Assembly: GCA_964016885.1 (NCBI GenBank)
Contig: OZ024740.1
Location: 124,124,001-124,188,000, forward strand
Direction of reading: 5' to 3'
Source: Eledone cirrhosa
Lineage: Eukaryota
DNA length: 64,000 bases
The position numbers and the translations under genes are program-made. The notes beneath the pieces are model-generated. The model saw only the letters and a program-made list of their open reading frames with translations, searched no databases and was not told the DNA's origin. This document shows positions 14,433 to 33,119 of this stretch, piece by piece (position 1 is the stretch's first letter; each line of letters opens with the position of its first letter).

Positions 14433-14920
14433 TGAAAAGTTGAGGGGAACAATTTTTAGAAAAAAAAAAAGGTGTTTTATAATATATATATAATTTAACT
14501 ACTTTTCATGTATCAGTATAATCCATCTTACCAAATGTTGAATATTACAATTAAATAGAATTACAAATTAAAGACTTAAAATTAAGTGCTGAAGCAGGTT
14601 TATTCATCTTTCTTGTTTTGAAGATTGAACATTATATAGAGAGAGATGTAATCATAGCAGTAGTAGTAGTGGTGGAAGTTGTGTCTTTTCACAGAACAAA
14701 ATTATTTTTAAGTAGAGGGAAATTTCTGTATATATGTGTGTGTATATCTCACTTGTGTTAAAAGACTGGTCAAGAGTTCAGTTGAGGGTGGCAAAGAAGG
14801 AAAATGTAAGCTAGAGGCAAATTCTATGGGTGAGAGAGATAAATGTCATTGACAAAAGTAGGTTTGTAAAATAACTATTTTTGGGATATAGTTTTAGAGC
14901 GTATGAGTGTGTATGTGTGA

Positions 14921-14980
<60 letters not shown>

Positions 14981-15074
14981 GAGATAAATTACTGGTATCC
15001 ATTTTTTATGGGCAACTTTTCACCTTGAACTCTCTCTGATGAAATGCATCAGAGTGAAATTATGAATTATATAA

Positions 15075-15445
15075 TAATTGTTTCTACTCTTGGCATAAGG
15101 CCATCAATTATCCCAGTGCATTACTGGTGCTTTATTTTATCCAGCCCATAAGGATGAAAGGCAAAGTTAACTTCAGTGGGATCTGAACGCAGGCTGTAAA
15201 GGGCCATGACTCTATGCTGCGAAGCATGTTTCCCAATGCTATATCGATGCAGCCAATATAATAATCGTTTCTACTATTGGTATAAGGCCAGCAATTATCC
15301 GAGTGTATTATTGGTACTTTATTTTATCGACCCCGTAAGGATGAAAGGCAAAGTTAACCTCAACGGGATTTGAACTCAGAACGTAAAGGACCGTAACTCT
15401 ATTCTGCAAAGCATGGCGTCCGACCCTCTACCGATACTGCCAATC
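15075..15445 (-). mobile_element. Tandem dimer of the same SINE
   Basis: Two reverse-complement units containing AAGGATGAAAGGCAAAGTTAAC. Confidence 0.85.
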
Positions 15446-15565
15446 ATAATGCAGATTCTATAGGCCATCAGTTACACAATGTATTGAAGCACATGTAAGA
15501 GAATCTCAAGTATTAATAAATGTATCATTGAACATAAACAATTGTGTCTTGTCTTTGCAATAACC

Positions 15566-15602
<37 letters not shown>

Positions 15603-15699
15603 TACACTCATATATATATATGAGTGTGTGTGTGTATGTGTGTATGTGTGTATGTATATGTATATGAGTATAGCAATATAATAACAGGCTTGAAGATGT

Positions 15700-16100
15700 T
15701 TAGAGAGCTTTTCTCTCAAAAGTGAAGGGTAGACTATGTTGTGTTGAGAAATTCAATGCAACATGGTGGTAAGGCACGAAACTTAACCACAGAAGACTTG
15801 CAAAGGATAGAAAGAAATGAATTCAGTGTGCTCTAATGGATGAGTAATGTTAGTGTGCACGATATAGTATATGCAAAATGAGGAGAAAACTTGGTGTAAG
15901 AGGAATTGTATGTAGTGTGCAAGACTTGTCAGTTGGTATGTAGACTTGATTCATATGGAAGATAGCAGCTGAATGAAGCATGCACAGAAATCCCAGTGGC
16001 TGGGATCCTTGCAAGAGGAAAATCCAGAGGGACTTGGAATGAGATTGTAAAGACTGACTTTAACAGACTAAGCAACAGAGATAATAAAGGGCCACAATTA
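15700..16100 (+). pseudogene. Ancient RTE LINE 3' relic
   Basis: Similarity to the RTE C-terminal segment (gcttgaagatgtttagagagct, gaagacttgcaaaggatagaaagaaatga). Confidence 0.55.
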
Positions 16101-19100
16101 TTCTTGAACACAGAAAGACTCTAACATGTGTACTAAAAAATTGAAGGTGTATTACAGTTGCATGAAGAATATCTCAATTGCCAGTAATATTCATAATACA
16201 AAAATATTGCAAACAAATGTAAAATGAAGAGGGCAAATATTCAATTCTCAATGTATAGATCTTTGTTCCCTAAAGAACAAGCATCTAGTGAAAAGCATTG
16301 TATACCATGTGGATGTCTTCAGTAGAGTCTCATCAAGTTTCAATGGTTTTGTATTGCACTCTAGAAATTCAGAAAGAAATATGACAGCAGCACAAGAACA
16401 CTGAAAGATAACATACAGGCTTTTAATAATGTATCAAAAGGCTGCACTCATTGTATTACAGAGAACTCCACATCATTGGCCATGTTCTATGCTATCAGGT
16501 TGCAAATAGCCCATGAGATGACAATGGGTAGTAAGCATAATACTTGCAAGAGTTTCTTATACTGCTGGGAAGAAGGAGAGAAAAATCTTTAGACCAAAGA
16601 CCTAACTTGAAAATTGGAAAGAGAAGAAATCCTCTAAAGGCAACAAAAGGCCAAGTGGTAGTGTTAAACCAGGCAGCCGATTACATCTATCACCAAAGAA
16701 CAGAAATAAATCATCATTCAAGATGCTTCACAATTTCTATCAAACATAAATGTAAACAATCTCACTAGAGATCATTTATGATCATGACTGTACTTAAAAT
16801 AAATTAGACCAAATAAGACCAAAATCAAAAGTTTGCTTTCATTAGAAATATATTCTTTCATTGAGTATTTTTCTCCAGTATTTTAATTGTATGTTCTTAT
16901 CAAAACTGTTTCTCTTATATGTCCGATTAGTTCAGCATTCTGGTAAACTAATGTATTTTTCTTTGCAGGGGTGGCGATGATAACATCACATATATTAAGT
17001 AAAAGAAAATATCACAGTACTGCAAAACAAATTATGCAATATTTCCCTCAAAATCTAGTTTTATAAAAGCCCATAAAATATTAGGTTTTATATCCTGTAC
17101 ATGTATCGATTTAGATTATAGAACAACGTGATTACTTGATGTCAGAGGTTCATCCCCATGACAATATTGACTGATTTTTGAATTTCTAAATAGCATAAGA
17201 AATGATTAGCATTGTATGGAAAAATCTATACATATTCTCAATAGAGTGCCAAATATGCAAAACAAAAAAAGCTACAGAAGAATATATATGTACATATATA
17301 TATATATACATACACCTTTCTAATACATACTATCAATACGTTAAGTAATACCAAATAAAGGTGTACTAATGTATTCTTAATATTCATAACATATGCCTAA
17401 GACTTCTTCTTTCGAATTATGAAAATAAATCCATGAAGGAAATATTGATGTCGAAGCTGCAAGCCCTCCATTTCCTTTTGTTTTTAATTTTCAGTAGTAT
17501 CATCTAAAAACAAACATAAAATCAATGTTGCAGATTTTTATATATTTGCACATTATTCTTTACAGACATCTAAAGAGATACTGAAATTCTTAAGAAGACC
17601 ATTCACTACTCAAGCACAAAAGTCTGGCAACACCAAATCACCAAGGAAGACATTTCTTTGTCATTTGAACTGCTAGGATAGCCGTCAAACATTCCTTAAA
17701 TGACTACCTTTTTATTATACATAATGATAAACACACTTTAGGTAATATAGTCTCATGTAGCTCCCAAAAGATGACATGGCTGCAATTCCTTTGATTATGT
17801 CTGCTTTGATGACGATTGATCTGAAGTTAAATGACAATAACTATAGGAGAAATATCAGTCAAATATCCTTCAAGTTATATTATACTATCGTTAAAAGAGA
17901 AAGCATATTTCATAATATAGTCCTAAATAATCAATACTCAAGATGATGGGATGAACATGTGGGGATTGCCTTCTATCATAGCTTGACTCAGCTTACTCTA
18001 TCAATGTCTATTATCATAGGTCTACTTGGTCTATTCTCAGGTCAGGCTTCTGCCTCTTACTGATACCAGGTAACCTAGTATAACATGCTTCATGGTTGAT
18101 TGCCTGGTAAATAAACCAACTCCCCAACTAAACCCCAATCTGGTGAGGAGGGTAAGTAGAACCCAAGCGGCACAAAAACAAGAGCTTTTAAAAGGGCAGA
18201 TGAACTACTCTGAGTCAATGGCACTCCACCCCCAACTATGGGTTAAATAGCCTCACCAACCTGCAACTGCCAAAGGTGGTGAGCATGGCTACACCCCTGA
18301 CATGACCAAACAGAAAATAGTGGAAATCAACCAAGGAGGGGTTCCTCCAACAGAAGTGAAAAGGCCCTGGATTGGATTGGACTTAGTCTAGATTGATATA
18401 TGGCTAAAAAAATAACAGCATCAACATGTGAATATACTTTCACTCAAAACATTTAGACTTGTTTTCTCCACTGAACAATTGTGTTTAACCTCTTTAACAC
18501 TAAACTGTCTGTTTCTATGTACAGAAATGTTTATTTTGAAGTGTTTATATTTATCAAAAACCTACCAAGATAGTTTTATGTAGAAAGTTAGTGATCCAAA
18601 TGGCAACTTAATAATGAGAAATTCATATTACTAATCCACTCCAAATTATTAATTATAATACTTTCAAAATTATCGTTCATTTGAAATATGAAACAAAAGT
18701 TTTAAAAAGAAAACAATGAAGGATACGTACAAAAGCAACTGCTATGTTAAATGAAAATTGTGTACTTGAATATATCTTGTACATAATTAAAAACAATAAC
18801 CAATTACATGCTTGTTTTCTAAATTAAACAAATTATTACTGCTTTTATTGCAAGAATATCTTTGAAATATCTTGAATTCACATATTTTTTCATATTCATT
18901 CAAACTAAATATTTGTTTTTTCCCGTTGTTTTGTTATTCTTTCTATTGATACATAGCAAAAGATACATATGATAATTTCTAACATCACTTTTTTAAAATA
19001 TTATAGTTTCTAAATTGAGCAAGCAATTTATCACAAGTAACTTTTAAAACTCACTTTATCTCATTAACCTTTAAAATCTGTCACATTTCTATTATCTTTT

Positions 19101-20970
19101 TTTTTTTTCTTAAAAAAAAAAAGTAGTAAATTAAAATGAGAATTTAGCATAGGCTTAGTGTTTTAATTGCTATGTCATAAAAGGTTTGATATCTTTGCAC
19201 TACGTCTTTGAAACGTGGAAGGCAACAAAAGAGATAACTGAATTACTCCAATACAGCATAATAATACTATACTGTAACAAGCGGAGAACAATATTGAGTT
19301 TCTTTGCGATTGTTATGATGATGCAACTAGAAAGAAGGCGAAAAAGTGAAAAAGGACAAAAAAGAAAAGTAAAAAATGGAAATACATTTTTTATTTTTTA
19401 TCAGTAAATTGAATTTGGTCTGGTGTTGAAGACTTGGAATATAATTACAATGTAAGACAACCACAAGATTGTATATTTGATACTATCATACTTTACTTTT
19501 CTTCAGACTCTACACCTAACTGGCATGCTGAGCTGATAACAATGAGATGGTTGAAGTACTTCATAATAATTAATGTTTCTAACAAGAAATGTTGTAGTTT
19601 CTATTGCTATAATGTCATGATATTAAAAAAAATGGTAGACCATTTTGTTCAATGAAACTTGAAAACTATCACAATCACACACCACACACACATACACACA
19701 TACATACAAATGATACATAACTCATAAATACAAACGAAAAGTGAAGTAGTCAAACATGGGTAGTAGATACAAGGGATATAAGAAAACTGGATAGAAGAAA
19801 CAGGTAAGCATGCTCCAATGGAAGTGTAATGTTAGTGTGCATAAATAGTAAAGCATAGATGAGCTGATAAAAAATTGATCATCAGAAGAATCAGATGTAG
19901 AGTACAAGAGCAATATTTATATTGGTAAAGGCAGGTGATGCATAAAGATTATGATAAATGGGTAAAAGAAAGCTAAGGATACCAGTTGAAGAAGTTGCCG
20001 TCAAAGAAAACCAAGGAAGATCGAGCAGAAGTGGAGAGATTTGATCTCAAAACACTGAACTTCATAGAGAAGAGGAAGGAATACAATAGAGGACAGCTGT
20101 ACTTGAACAGACTCCATAAATCCAGGCAGACATGGAAAAAAACAGATGTAAAATGATGGTGATGATAATGATAAACTACAAAAACTACTATCAATAAACT
20201 TTAAGGGTTAATTCATGAAGAATTTATAAATGGCTGTTATCACACTACACTATAGCCAACAATGTGTCTCAGAAATAATATGAAAACAGTCATAGTTTAC
20301 ATTAGTCTTTGATCCACAAAGACAGCGACAGAATAACCATTTAAACACTAAGTTCTGAAATTTAAATTAAAAAAGACGGATTGAATGGAAACAACAAGGT
20401 AAGAATAATGTGAAGAATATCAATCTTATATAGAAAAACATTTTCATTTCTATTTTATATTTTCTGTTCATCTTAAAACATAAAAAAATATAACATGCAC
20501 ATGTGTGTGTGCTTGTGTGTGTTGTGTATGTGTGTGCATGCATGTGCACTTGGAATAAATCTGTTCATTTTGATAATGAGTGCTCCAGCCTGCTCATGAA
20601 ATTAATATGCATGTGGTTTAGCATTCCATAGACACATGTACAATTCATATAATTTTTATGGAGATTCAGTGTGATTGGGTGACAAAATTGGCCCATTTAA
20701 TTAAAGATGTAATAAATCTGACAGAATTCTAAATAATTTCAGTCTACACAATTTCATACACAAAGCCTGGTTTAAACTAAGTTTAAATGAGAATTACTCG
20801 AAAATGTTGTACAGTGAAATTGAACCTGAAAATATGATTGGAAATACACTGCTTCACCATTTGGCAATGCTATATTCACAGCATGTTTATGTTATATAAA
20901 TGGGGAGAGGGGTGTAAACACAGGCACAGACACACACACACGCACACACACATATATATATATATATATG

Positions 20971-21171
20971 CAGGGTGAGACAAAAGTCACTTAATACCTA
21001 TTTTTATTAATAGAATATTTCACATAAACTCAAATCTATTTTTTTTATCTTTAAATTAAATTTCATAATTGGATCTTGTTTTCATTCAACTTTAATCTGA
21101 AAGAAAGAAAAATTAATAATAAACAAAATTATTAATTTTCTTTAATAGGAAGGGACTTTTGGCCCACCCAG
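20971..21171. mobile_element. Tc1/mariner-like MITE
   Basis: Imperfect TIRs CAGGGTGAGACAAAAGTC ... GACTTTTGGCCCACCCAG, in TA context, AT-rich non-coding interior. Confidence 0.6.
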
Positions 21172-21258
<87 letters not shown>

Positions 21259-22245
21259 ATGTTATTATTTCACTTTAATGGTCCCCATTCTGATTAGGAT
21301 TTGATAGTTTTTGTGAAGGTGAACATTTACATATTGTCATGGCAATTAGTTTTGCAACAGGAAGCATTCACTACTGTTCATCTTTAAAATGTAAAATGTA
21401 AGATATGTAGAGTTAGGCAAATAACATTTGTGTTACCCAGACGCAATATAAAAGCAGTAAATAAAGCAGGATTTAATGACAAACTGGTGCATTGTCCAAA
21501 TGTTTAACCTCATAACATCTACTTCCCTCATGAATAAATACACACTCACACAAATGGATTAGCAGAGTCATATGAACAAATTATCAGCACTGTTAGAGCA
21601 TATTATAGAAGGCCTTGTGGCATTTGTTTCAGGTATTGGCATTCTGGGTTGAAAATCTTTAAATATCAATTTTGAATTCATCATTTCAAGGTGGAGGATT
21701 GGTGAACTTGTTAGCACATTCGACCAGATACTAGTAGTTTATGTTTTATTTGTCTAGGTTTGCAGTTCACAGTTTGAGGTCATCGTCGATGTTGGACCTT
21801 TGTAAAGACTTGAAGATCAGTCTCTTTATTGCTACAGTGGAGTCTGTGCTGCTGTAAGTGTCTGAGGATTGGAAACTGATCAAGAGATTCACTCAGATGG
21901 TGGATGGATGCTACATGAGGGTACTGAGGATAGTTTTGAACATTAATAAGTATGCACTGAGCATGAAGAACTCAGAGCTGTACTGGAGACTCCCAAATGT
22001 CAGCTCGAAAGTGACATAGTGGTGACTGAGGTTAGCTCACCAACATTCAGTGTTGACAGAGCACACAGGGGTTTTGTGGGAGCCCCTACATGGACACACT
22101 GGAAGAGGGAGACTGAGCATGACATAGGTTGATATCCTAAGGACGGACACTAGTTCTTTGGAGATGAGGGACAGAGATGATGATGAAGGACAGTGACCAC
22201 TGGAAAGACCTCGTCCATGAATCTCAAGAATGTTATCTGCCCTAG

Positions 22246-22361
<116 letters not shown>

Positions 22362-22430
22362 GAGCGGATCAAATAAACATTAAACAATCTTTTAAATAAA
22401 TTAAAATACGATTTAAATATTCACCTGTTC

Positions 22431-22516
22431 TAGTGCTGTGACCGACGGTTTCACTTATCAAAAGATTGGAAATTCAGAGAATTTCCAATGGAAAGAATCA
22501 GCTCTTCAGACAACTA
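22431..22516 (-). ncRNA. Type-I hammerhead ribozyme
   Basis: Minus strand: tagttgt CTGAAGA gctgatt..attggaaattc-tct-gaatttccaat..gataagt GAAA CCGTCGG TC acagcacta; canonical core with GUC site. Confidence 0.8.
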
Positions 22517-22748
22517 TTTCCATACCACAGAGTACAAAAGCCTTATAGTAGTAAATATGTCTCTTTCTGCCCAATGCATGAGGTCAGGCTGTTAAAATGA
22601 CCCACACGTAAGAAAAAACGGGAATTATAGACTTGTTGAAATTTCGTGTTACTAAAAATAGCAGCACGATACAACATTTTTTTCTCTACATAGAAGGAGA
22701 ATACAAATAAATTATATAGATATTTCAGTAGATACTAAGTACCCACGG

Positions 22749-22798
<50 letters not shown>

Positions 22799-22985
22799 GA
22801 TAAAGCTACCAAAAGTTTACGATAGTGTCCAATCCGTATGAAGAACTCAATGTAATCCGGATATCATGAAAAGAGAAGATGCATTCAAAAACTACTTTCG
22901 GTGAAAAATAAACGGAAAACAGAGTCAAGATAAATTAATAAAATAATGAATAAACTAAGAAACAGTTCCTTATATTAAAAAAAAT

Positions 22986-23127
22986 TCATCATTTTACGAT
23001 CGTTTCTAGGATATATATGTGTTAGAGTTGGTATGCATATTCTATAGATCTATGTACAATATTTATACAAACTATCAGAGGGAATATACATACCTACACA
23101 TATATATGCTGTCTTCAGAAATAATGA
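22986..23127 (-). ncRNA. Type-I hammerhead ribozyme with long helix II (left arm)
   Basis: Reverse complement of 25827-25968. Confidence 0.78.
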
Positions 23128-23797
23128 TATTTGTTTATTGAAAAAAACAAAGATTCAATACAATAGGTCTGTTTGGGAACAGGTTTTGAATTGACCAATC
23201 AGGAGATAGTGAGGGTCAATATAGTAATATAGTAGTAGAAGAACCTTAAATTATGGGTAGAAGAAGGTAGATTTCAGTTTTGGATGGAAAAGAATATTAT
23301 GAATGAAGGATTATTTTGCTGACCTCAGAAATAATTTTATTTGTTCATTGAATAAAACCAACAAAGATCTAATATATTCTGTCTGTTTGGTAAGAGGTTT
23401 AGAGTTAACCAATAGAAAGTTAATAATTGGCCAAATGGTAAAATAGTAGTAATTGAAGCTTATTGTAGGGGTGAAAATAGGTCAGGTGGTCAGTGAAAGG
23501 TATACAAGCAGTTGCTGTTATAAAATAGTAATGCCAATACAAATATCTAAGGTGACCAAAGTTTTAAGATAAGAATGTTAGTGAAAAAAATACATCTATG
23601 AAAAGAATATAAAATTAATTTAATTGATGGGTATATTTATATTGATAAAATTATACTAATACATATAGATATGATAAATAAGAGTTAGATGCAGTTGAAA
23701 AGTGCTGTTAAAGATGAGGGGAAATTAAAAGAATATAAAAATAATATATATATATATATACTTATACGCATATATATATATACATATATATACACAT

Positions 23798-23861
<64 letters not shown>

Positions 23862-23920
23862 TTATATATATATATATATATACATATATATACACATACA
23901 CACACACACATACACACTTA

Positions 23921-23991
<71 letters not shown>

Positions 23992-24966
23992 ATGCATATA
24001 TACATACATACACATATATATACACACACATACACACTTATATATACATATAATTATTGGGGGGGGGGGGGGTTAAATTTATTAGTGAGAAATAGTAAAT
24101 ATATATAGTTTTCAAGGAACAGAGTCATAACCTGAAGTTAAAGCATTATATATGTTTACTTAATGGTATCAGTTTTAGGAAATGATATTTGTAAGAAGGA
24201 AAGCAAAATTATGTAGTTCATCAGTAGTAAAATATTAATTATAGGTTAACTAAATTAAAAATAGTTTATATATTAATTTCTAAAGTGTATATTAATTAGG
24301 TTTATAATATTTAAAGGAGAATTATGTAGTTCATCAGTAGTAGAATATTAATTATAGGTTAACTAAATTAAAAATAATTTATATATTAATTTCTAAAGTG
24401 TATATTAATTACGTTTATAATATTTAAAGTTTTTTCTCAGTTTATGATTACACAATATTATTAATTCCTGTCGCTTATTTAATAGGATACAGGAATTAAT
24501 AATATCGTGTAATCATAAACTGAGAAAAACCTTTAAATATTATAAACCTAATTAATATACACTTTAGAAATTAATATATAAATTATTTTTAATTCAGTTA
24601 ACCTATAATTAATATTCTACTACTGATGAACTACATAATTCTGCTTTAAATATTATAAACCTAATTAATATACACTTTAGAAATTAATATATAAACTATT
24701 TTTAATTTAGTTAACCTATAATTAATATTCTACTACTGATGAACTACATAATTTTGCTTTCCTTCTTACAAATATCATTTCCTAAAACTGATACCATTAA
24801 GTAAACATATGTAATGCTTTAACTTCAGGTTATGACTCTGTTCCTTGAAAACTATATATATTTACTATTTCTCACTAATAAATGTAATCCCCCCCCCCCA
24901 ATAATTATATTTATATATAAGTGTGTATGTGTGTGTATATATATGTGTATGTATGTATATATGCAT

Positions 24967-25065
<99 letters not shown>

Positions 25066-25121
25066 TGTGTGTGTGTGTGTGTATGTGTATATATATGTAT
25101 ATATATATATATATATAAGTG

Positions 25122-25156
<35 letters not shown>

Positions 25157-25826
25157 ATGTGTATATATATTTATATATATATATGCGTATAAGTATATAT
25201 ATATATATATTATTTTTATATTCTTTTAATTTCCCCTCATCTTTAACAGCACTTTTCAACTGCATCTAACTCTTATTTATCATATCTATATGTATTAGTA
25301 TAATTTTATCAATATAAATATACCCATCAATTAAATTAATTTTATATTCTTTTCATAGATGTATTTTTTTCACTAACATTCTTATCTTAAAACTTTGGTT
25401 ACCTTAGATATTTGTATTGGCATTACTATTTTATAACAGCAACTGCTTGTATACCTTTCACTGACCACCTGACCTATTTTCACCCCTAAAATAAGCTTCA
25501 ATTACTACTATTTTACCATTTGGCCAATTATTAACTTTCTATTGGTTAACTCTAAACCTCTTACCAAACAGACAGAATATATTAGATCTTTGTTGGTTTT
25601 ATTCAATGAACAAAGAAAATTATTTTTGAGGTCAGCAAAATAATCCTTCATTCATAATATTCTTTTCCATCCAAAACTGAAATCTACCTTCTTCTACCCA
25701 TAATTTAAGGTTCTTCTACTACTATATTACTATATTGACCCTCACTATCTCCTGATTGGTCAATTCAAAACCTGTTCCCAAACAGACCTATTGTATTGAA
25801 TCTTTGTTTTTTTCAATAAACAAATA

Positions 25827-25968
25827 TCATTATTTCTGAAGACAGCATATATATGTGTAGGTATGTATATTCCCTCTGATAGTTTGTATAAATATTGTAC
25901 ATAGATCTATAGAATATGCATACCAACTCTAACACATATATATCCTAGAAACGATCGTAAAATGATGA
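25827..25968 (+). ncRNA. Type-I hammerhead ribozyme with ~105-nt helix II (right arm)
   Basis: tcattattt CTGAAGA c-agc-atatatatgtgt...acacatatatat-cct-a GAAA CGATCG TA aaatgatga; 9-bp helix I, palindromic ACGATCGT helix III. Confidence 0.8.
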
Positions 25969-26016
25969 ATTTTTTTTTAATATAAGGAACTGTTTCTTAG
26001 TTTTTTCATTATTTTA

Positions 26017-29866
<3,850 letters not shown>

Positions 29867-29870
29867 ATAT

Positions 29871-30020
29871 ATATTTGAAAAAAAAGAAAAGAATGACTTC
29901 ACTTGTAATGTTAAATCATTTTTGGGATTTAATTTTATAATATTATAATATTATAAAATTAAATCCAAAAACTTTTTAACACTGCAAGTGAAGTCATTCT
30001 TTTCCTGTTTTTCAAATATA
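29871..30020. repeat. ~150-bp hairpin insertion
   Basis: ~75-bp arms (gaatgacttcacttg / caagtgaagtcattc) centred near 29945; 33-nt right extension then (TA)n. Confidence 0.85.
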
Positions 30021-30278
30021 CCGAACTGTACCAAGGATCTCACAGACTTTCCAATATATATATATATATATATATATAGTATTAGTTATACTATTTATGG
30101 TTATGTAAATACAAAACCTTAAGCAGTTGTAAGTATTTTACACACACCCTAAATAGTGGTAGGCAGTAATGTATTACTACCTTATTACCAGTAAGTTAAG
30201 TAGCTCAATGTAAAAACATCAGATGATTTACAGAGCAGTTATATGAAATATAAGAATCAAAGAACTGCTCAAAACATT

Positions 30279-30331
30279 ATTGTGCTTACAGCTGTTTCCT
30301 CCAAACCGAGGTTTGGATTCTTCGGAGCAAT
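30279..30331 (-). ncRNA. Hammerhead motif, CCGAAGA core (left arm)
   Basis: Reverse complement of 32014-32066. Confidence 0.7.
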
Positions 30332-32013
30332 TTATTAATGCATGGACAGTTATATGACCTCCTTTTCAGCCGAGAGACATACCAATACATATTCAAACAT
30401 TGATACATATTCAAACATTGTGGGTCAACATTCATTACAGAATTTAGAGTGGCAGTACACACTTCGAGATTACATTTATATTAATAGGTACAATCAAAAA
30501 TCAAAGATATAGGTTAAAGTACAGCATGAAGATAAGTGGTTATATAGTGCAAATGTTATATGTGTGGCACGCATGTGCGTCTTGTTTATATAGTGTGGCA
30601 GAGAGATATGTGTGGTAGAGGCACTTAGGTAGGTAAATAAGAGTGTTAGGTTGGTAGATCTGGTGGCAAAATCTTTATATGATTGATATAGTCTGTGTGT
30701 GGAGAAAATACCCATTTATACCTCTACGGCAGGTGTGACAACATCCACCCACTTGAACGGCACTACACCGCTCTAAGGGTAATTTGAGCATGAATTGATC
30801 GGTTGGATAGTGTTGGGCAGAGGAAACACCTTCCTTAGACAGATGTAAAATGATTTAATCGAGTAGCGCTGTTGACCAGTAGGACCGGGCTGCTGAGCGC
30901 AGTGAGTGAATGCAATGCAACTGCCGTGCGGGTTGTACGTATATGGATGATCTGACGGTCAGAGAGGGGTCGCGAGGACTGCGGATTGACCTTTGGCCTG
31001 CCTGGGGACGATTATCTTTCGACATCCAATATAGCAAGCGATGACCCAGATCTTACCAGAGATCATTGGGTCCTGAAGCAATCCTGCAATCACCGCGCCT
31101 GGTCATATGAGCAGAATACAACCACAGAGATCATTAATTTAGAATCCTCGCTCATTATCTATAATTTCCATTTGTAGCACCTTAAGATGGGTTAATCCAC
31201 CATAATAATATGATCACCTTCAGCATAACTTAGTTAAACTACTCTATAGTTAATACACTTTATGCTTTAAAAGTCTCTCTTGGAAGGTGCACTTCACCAT
31301 AGAATTTAGGGTCTATATTGGGACACATTTTAATGGCTAGATATAGAAACCCCAGAGTTACCTCCCCGCATGCATTAACTCCCCTTAGCCACACACACAC
31401 TTCCGGTATTCAATGGCGTTTCTCGAAACGTAACAACCTCCTGTATCGAACTAAAGAACACCAGACTACAATCTCTAACTGGATTGTCGTGGATTATGTG
31501 AAAGGCATATAATCGAAATATACACTCCCCTGACCATGAAAATGCCGAAGTACATGAAATACTTGACATCCCTGCGCTGTGCATCTCCAATACTTATAAC
31601 ACTTTTAATGCTTGCACTATCTTCAATGCTTATAATATTTCTCCACACACAGACTATATCAATCATATAAAGATTTTGCCACCAGATCTACCAACCTAAC
31701 ACTCTTATTTACCTACCTAAGTGCCTCTACCACACATATCTCTCTGCCACACTATATAAACAAGACGCACATGCGTGCCACACATATAACATTTGCACTA
31801 TATAACCACTTATCTTCATGATGTACTTTAACCTATATCTTTGATTTTTGATTGTACCTATTAATATAAATGTAATCTCGAAGTGTGTACTGCCACTCTA
31901 AATTCTGTAATGAATGTTGACCCACAATGTTTGAATATGTATCAATGTTTGAATATGTATTGGTATGTCTCTCGGCTGAAAAGGAGGTCGTATAACTGTC
32001 CATGCATTAATAA

Positions 32014-32066
32014 ATTGCTCCGAAGAATCCAAACCTCGGTTTGGAGGAAACAGCTGTAAGCACAAT
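32014..32066 (+). ncRNA. Hammerhead motif, CCGAAGA core (right arm)
   Basis: attgct CCGAAGA a tccaaacc-tc-ggtttgga g GAAA CAGCTG TA agcacaat. Confidence 0.72.
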
Positions 32067-32123
32067 AATGTTTTGAGCAGTTCTTTGATTCTTATATTTC
32101 ATATATTTCATATTTCATATTTC

Positions 32124-32227
<104 letters not shown>

Positions 32228-32242
32228 ATGTATGTATATATG

Positions 32243-32448
32243 TAAGTAAACAGAAATAACAACACAATCAGTACAGTATATGGAAGGAATATATTAGGTT
32301 AACACTTGAAATAGCAGCAAGAGAGTCTTAAAGTTTCTGACGCTACTCCTTCATCAGAAGGAAAAATGAGAAATCAGAAAGATTGAAGGGACGGATGAGA
32401 TGGAATCGGAAAAAATGTTTTTAGAGAAAAATAACAGGTCCATTCATG
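32243..32448 (-). mobile_element. PLE pLTR-like 3' fragment with degenerate minimal hammerhead (32326-32361)
   Basis: Homologous to 46270-46480; minus strand cctt CTGATGA ... GAAA ctt taaga. Confidence 0.55.
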
Positions 32449-33087
32449 TTGCCTATATATATATATATATATACATATACAATATATACACACAGGGATA
32501 TATATATATCATCATCATCATCATTTTATGTCTACTTTTCATTCTGGCATATTGTGAGTTTGAGACTACATAAGTCTAATAACTATGTCTTGCTCATAAA
32601 TTACACTTTTGGCATGGATCTATGCCATAAATCAAAAGTATGTTTAGGCAAAGCTAGATGCCATTCCTAACACCAACCATTTTATTAATATATCATCTAT
32701 TGAGTGAAACTTTTTGTGGCACCAGCCCTACTAAGTTCACCAAGGAACTTGCAAGTATAAAGGGATATTCACTGCCTTAAGCACTCTCTGTTTATAAAAG
32801 GCAACAAAACCCAGAGGGAAATGTGGGTGTACCCATGCCATGAGTCCTTAACTCAACAGAATTTTAGGGAACTGTCGTGACATATGGCCACTTAAATATG
32901 ATGGAACCTATCCCTCTCCAGCTTGAATATTTTTATTCTTCTAAAGGAAGAGTGAACTTTGAAAGGTGGTTTAAATCCAGTACTGGATGGGTATTCTATT
33001 CAAAAGTTTACTTTAGCAATATTTTACCTCTGAATACAGAGAACCGGAACGAATTCTGCAATGCATTCTGCTTGACATGCTAACATC

Positions 33088-33119
<32 letters not shown>

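Larger units (their letters stand above)
30241..32104. repeat. Fold-back element with ~467-bp arms and ~930-bp spacer
   Basis: 30241-30707 is the reverse complement of 31638-32104; left extension ~30078-30240; (TA)n flanks. Confidence 0.95.

Noticed and set aside
15030-15070. CTGATGA...GAAA hammerhead-like string
   Set aside because: CTGATG is sequestered in its own hairpin (tctgatg/catcaga), and no helix I or III can be formed
16130-16790. Possible decayed transposase on the minus strand (HPHGI, DACSL)
   Set aside because: Only isolated short motifs with many stops
19150-20470. Minus-strand exon-like segments, including a signal-peptide-like ORF at 20367-20549
   Set aside because: No consistent splice phase or recognisable homology; AT-rich DNA yields such hydrophobic ORFs by chance
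23689-25269. Long YIYI/HTHT ORFs here and at many other sites
   Set aside because: Translations of (TA)n and (CA)n microsatellites
31050-31200. Possible GIY-YIG C-terminal remnant in the fold-back spacer (EIINLESSLII..F)
   Set aside because: Too short and degraded to support without an HMM search
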